From positions 1 through 36,494 of the forward strand of contig CAZNDW010000003.1 in assembly GCA_964571895.1 (NCBI GenBank): 36,494 nt of DNA, in the 5' to 3' direction. Numbering within the stretch: the first letter of the stretch is position 1; each line of letters begins with the position of its first letter. This document shows, piece after piece, positions 33,717 to 36,494 of the stretch. A program made the position numbers and the translations under genes. The stretch comes from an uncultured Planctomycetales bacterium (GTDB lineage Bacteria; Omnitrophota; Gorgyraeia; Zapsychrales; JAHFFX01). The notes beneath the pieces were generated by a model. The model was given only the letters and a program-made list of their open reading frames with translations. It was not told the origin of the DNA and ran no database searches.

Positions 33717-34307
33717 ATGATCTACTGGATTGGGTATTTTTTCTGGAAACTGGCCAGTTGGATTTTTTTCCCCCTCACCATTCGAGGGTCCCAGGGACTT
33801 CCTCCAGCAGGCGGTTTTATTCTGGCCAGCAATCATGCGAGCTTTCTGGATCCGATGATTATTGGGATATGCTTTTGGCGGCAGCTGCGGTATGTGGCAA
33901 GGGATTGTCTTTTTAAAAACAGGGTCTTTGATTTTGTCCTTCATCAAGTCGGGGCCTTCCCGATTAAGAGGGAGTCCGCCGACATCGCCGGGATCAAAGA
34001 GATTCTGAAAAAACTCCAAAAAGGATACCCGGTTGTGATTTTCCCCGAGGGCACGAGGATTCAAGAACGCAAAGAGATTCACGGCGGGGTGGGCCTGGTT
34101 GCGGTTAAAAGCGGTCTGCCGGTTGTGCCGGTTTTTATCCGGGGTTCCGACAAGGTCCTCGGCCCGGGAGCCAAGTTCCCCCGGCGCCACCCGGTGACCG
34201 TTTCCTTCGGCAGCCCTAAGACTTATTCCAAAATAACATCCTACCAAGACATCGCCCGCCAGATTATGCAGGATATCAATTCGCTACGGCTGGATTTTTC
34301 CCCATAA
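33717..34307 (+). CDS. plsC: 1-acyl-sn-glycerol-3-phosphate acyltransferase
   Basis: 196 aa with the HX4D motif (NHASFLD), FPEGTR and an N-terminal hydrophobic segment. Confidence 0.85.
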   Translation: MIYWIGYFFWKLASWIFFPLTIRGSQGLPPAGGFILASNHASFLDPMIIGICFWRQLRYVARDCLFKNRVFDFVLHQVGAFPIKRESADIAGIKEILKKLQKGYPVVIFPEGTRIQERKEIHGGVGLVAVKSGLPVVPVFIRGSDKVLGPGAKFPRRHPVTVSFGSPKTYSKITSYQDIARQIMQDINSLRLDFSP

Positions 34308-35475
34308 CTTTCAGCACTTCCTGGGCCGCGCGGCGGCTCGCGTGCGGCTCGCCCAAGGTTTCCTTGACTTTCTTTAACTGGGCTCGGATGTTTTTCATTT
34401 TGAACTCGTCTTTGTACAGCGACTTGGCTTCGGAAGCGATCTTTCCGGAGGTGGCCTGAAACTGAACACACTCGGGAACGATCTTCTTTTGGGCGACCAC
34501 GTTGACCAGCCCGATATAAGGGATGCGGATCAGAAGCCTGGCCAAGATCCAAGTGAGAAGAGAGGTTTTATAGACGATGACCATGGGCTTCTGTAGAATG
34601 GCGGCCTCCAGGGTGGCGGTGCCCGAGGCCACCAAACACAGCGTCGCGGCGTTGAGGGCGTTATAGCGCTCTTCGGTTATGATCTTTAAAGGAAAGGGGA
34701 CATTCGTCGCATACCGTTCGATGGTCCGCATCTCGACGGTGGGCGCCTTAATCAGAACAAACTGCAGCCTGCGGTTGTCTTGATAAAGCAAAGAGGCGGC
34801 CTTGAGCATGACTGGAAGAAGCCTCTCGATTTCTCTTTGCCGGGATCCCGGAAGAAGGGCCACAACCGGCCTGCCCGCCATCTTCACGACCTGGCAGGCG
34901 GGCTTCTCGGGAGAAAGACCAATGGACGATAAAAAATCTTCCGGCGGCCGGGTCACTTGAATCTCATCCAAAAGGGGATGGCCCACGAACGTAACATCGA
35001 GGTCCCGGCGACCGTAAAATTCTTTCTCAAAAGGCAGGATCACCAGCATTTTGTCAACGAAATTTTTGATGACTCTGACCCGATTTTCTTTCCAGGCCCA
35101 GACCTGCGGGCTGATGTAGTAAATCACTTTGGTCGGCAGGCCGCGCCTTTTGATTTCCCTGGCCAGACGCAGATTAAAGCCGGGATAGTCGATCAGGACG
35201 ACCCCCGCGGCCCGGGTTTCCTCGATTTTATTTAAGATCATATCAAACATTCGTTGAAACTTCCCCAAGTGTCGGATGACCTCCGCAAATCCCACGACTG
35301 CGAGATCGACGAGATTCTCATACAGAGGAACGCCGCTTTTTTGCATGAGCTCCCCGCCTAAGCCGGAGAACGTGATGGCGCCATCGAGCCGCTTGATCTC
35401 ATCGACCAAAAAGGAGGCGTGGAGATCCCCCGAGGCCTCGCCGGCGACGATGATCAGATGCTCGGATTTTTCCAT
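34276..35475 (-). CDS. lpxB: Lipid-A-disaccharide synthase
   Basis: 399 aa. Motifs: IIVAGEASGDLHAS, YISPQVWAWK, SGTATLEAA. Confidence 0.9.
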   Translation of the reverse strand: MEKSEHLIIVAGEASGDLHASFLVDEIKRLDGAITFSGLGGELMQKSGVPLYENLVDLAVVGFAEVIRHLGKFQRMFDMILNKIEETRAAGVVLIDYPGFNLRLAREIKRRGLPTKVIYYISPQVWAWKENRVRVIKNFVDKMLVILPFEKEFYGRRDLDVTFVGHPLLDEIQVTRPPEDFLSSIGLSPEKPACQVVKMAGRPVVALLPGSRQREIERLLPVMLKAASLLYQDNRRLQFVLIKAPTVEMRTIERYATNVPFPLKIITEERYNALNAATLCLVASGTATLEAAILQKPMVIVYKTSLLTWILARLLIRIPYIGLVNVVAQKKIVPECVQFQATSGKIASEAKSLYKDEFKMKNIRAQLKKVKETLGEPHASRRAAQEVLKVMGKNPAVAN

Positions 35476-36452
35476 AGGGTCTGGGTGATCTTTAAGGCCA
35501 CCTCAAGGGCCATTCGCCCTTCCACTCCCGAGACCAGGGGCTGGGTGTCCTGGAGGATACAGTCGAGGAAAGATTCGAGCTCTTTCTTGAGGGGTTCTTC
35601 TTTTTCGATGGGAAGGCTGGTTTTGGAAATGGAGGCGCCGTTTTTTTTATAGAGGAAGGCCTCCTGCTTGACGTAATCCAGCGAGATATAGGTGTCTTTG
35701 AGGAAAATGCGGATCTTGCGCATCACTTCATCCGACACCCGGCTCGCCGTCAGGTTGCAGACGCAGCCGTTCTGGAAGGTGAGCCGCGCATTGGCGATAT
35801 CTTCCAAGTCCGTCAAGACGTTAACCCCGACGGCCTGGATGTCTTGGATAGGGGAATCCACCAATCCCAGAACGATGTCGATGTCGTGGATCATGAGGTC
35901 GGTCACCACGTTTAAGTCCAGAGAGCGGTTGGGAAAATGATTCAGGCGGTGGCATTCCACAAACAAGGGATTGAGGGCCCGCCCCCGCTGCTTCGCTTTG
36001 CGAAGCAAAGCGACGGGGGCCAGAGAGCGGATCGCTTGGAAAGCCGCATTGAAGCGCTCCACATGCCCCACCTGGAGCTTGAGATTTTTCTTTTGCGCGA
36101 GCCCGATTAAGATGTCGGCTTCTTTCAGGGTCAAGGTGATGGGCTTTTCGATGAAGGTGTGGACGCCCTGCTTAAGAAAAAATCGGGCGATCTCGAAGTG
36201 GGAAGAAGTCGGCGTGCAGATATTGACCGCTTCAATCTCACTGGTTAGCTGACGATAATCTTCCAGGACCTTGATGCGGTAAGGTTGGGAGGCTTTCTCA
36301 GCGGCCGCTCGATTGATGTCGCAGACGGTCACCACCTGGGCTTTGGCGGCCAACTGGCCGCAGTAAACCTTCAGGTGCTTGGAGCCCAGATGGCCGACAC
36401 CCACGATGGCGAGGTTGACTCTTCGAGGGCGCTTAGGGCTGATTTTGCGCAT
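35454..36452 (-). CDS. Gfo/Idh/MocA-family NAD-dependent oxidoreductase
   Basis: It has a Rossmann motif (NLAIVGVGHLGSKH) and EKP (FIEKPITL). The ATG at 36452 is taken as the start. The ORF stays open to a TTG at 36479. It overlaps the lpxB start by 22 nt. Confidence 0.8.
   Translation of the reverse strand: MRKISPKRPRRVNLAIVGVGHLGSKHLKVYCGQLAAKAQVVTVCDINRAAAEKASQPYRIKVLEDYRQLTSEIEAVNICTPTSSHFEIARFFLKQGVHTFIEKPITLTLKEADILIGLAQKKNLKLQVGHVERFNAAFQAIRSLAPVALLRKAKQRGRALNPLFVECHRLNHFPNRSLDLNVVTDLMIHDIDIVLGLVDSPIQDIQAVGVNVLTDLEDIANARLTFQNGCVCNLTASRVSDEVMRKIRIFLKDTYISLDYVKQEAFLYKKNGASISKTSLPIEKEEPLKKELESFLDCILQDTQPLVSGVEGRMALEVALKITQTLWKNPSI
35979..36020. repeat. GC-clamped palindrome translated in frame inside the oxidoreductase gene
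   Basis: On the coding (-) strand it reads GCCCCCGTCGCTTTGCTTCGCAAAGCGAAGCAGCGGGGGC. It shares a 17-nt core, GCTTTGCTTCGCAAAGC, with the obg copy. It encodes APVALLRKAKQRG. Confidence 0.8.
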
Positions 36453-36494
36453 GAGGAATGGTAACAAATCCCTCGACAAAAGTCAACGGATATG

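Noticed and set aside
33711-34247. 178-aa minus-strand ORF, and the 78-aa + ORF at 33680-33916
   Set aside because: Both overlap plsC, which has HX4D and FPEGTR motifs. The 78-aa ORF starts inside the palindromic element.
7783-36020. Could the recurring palindromes be a CRISPR array?
   Set aside because: The copies are dispersed over 28 kb. They differ in sequence and length and are not separated by regular spacers. No cas genes are present.

Overview
A 36.5-kb chromosomal window from a rod-shaped diderm bacterium, inferred from mreBCD-mrdA-rodA, lpxB and a secretin. The taxon cannot be determined from the sequence. Almost all genes are on the + strand and tightly packed, with many ATGA or short overlaps. 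Gene order: coiled-coil protein, aroA, mreB-mreC-mreD-mrdA-rodA. A large type IV pilus (T4P) locus follows. It begins with a HAMP-GAF-degenerate-GGDEF protein, a standalone MshEN-like protein, two tandem PilB-like ATPases, a second MshEN-like protein, pilC and a secreted coiled-coil protein. After a 540-bp structured intergenic region come the major pilin, two minor pilins, a PilX-like protein and pilMNOPQ. Housekeeping genes come next: rng, rplU, obg, proB, [inserted R-M cassette plus DUF2283 gene], proA, nadD, a PGM/PMM-family mutase and plsC. Convergent lpxB and a Gfo/Idh/MocA oxidoreductase lie on the - strand. Main second-look items: (1) a class I c-di-GMP (GEMM) riboswitch-like aptamer with an intrinsic terminator between pilC and the pilin gene. 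(2) Further c-di-GMP signals in the T4P locus: degenerate GGDEF, two standalone MshEN-like proteins, duplicated PilB with one His-box variant. (3) GC-clamped palindromic repeats, including two about 144-bp nested elements with shared termini. Copies of one motif are translated in frame inside obg and the oxidoreductase, giving the same ALLRKAK peptide. (4) A restriction-modification cassette splitting the proB-proA pair. No rRNA, tRNA, CRISPR array or transposase gene was seen. All calls rest on reading the sequence and on remembered family motifs; no searches were run.
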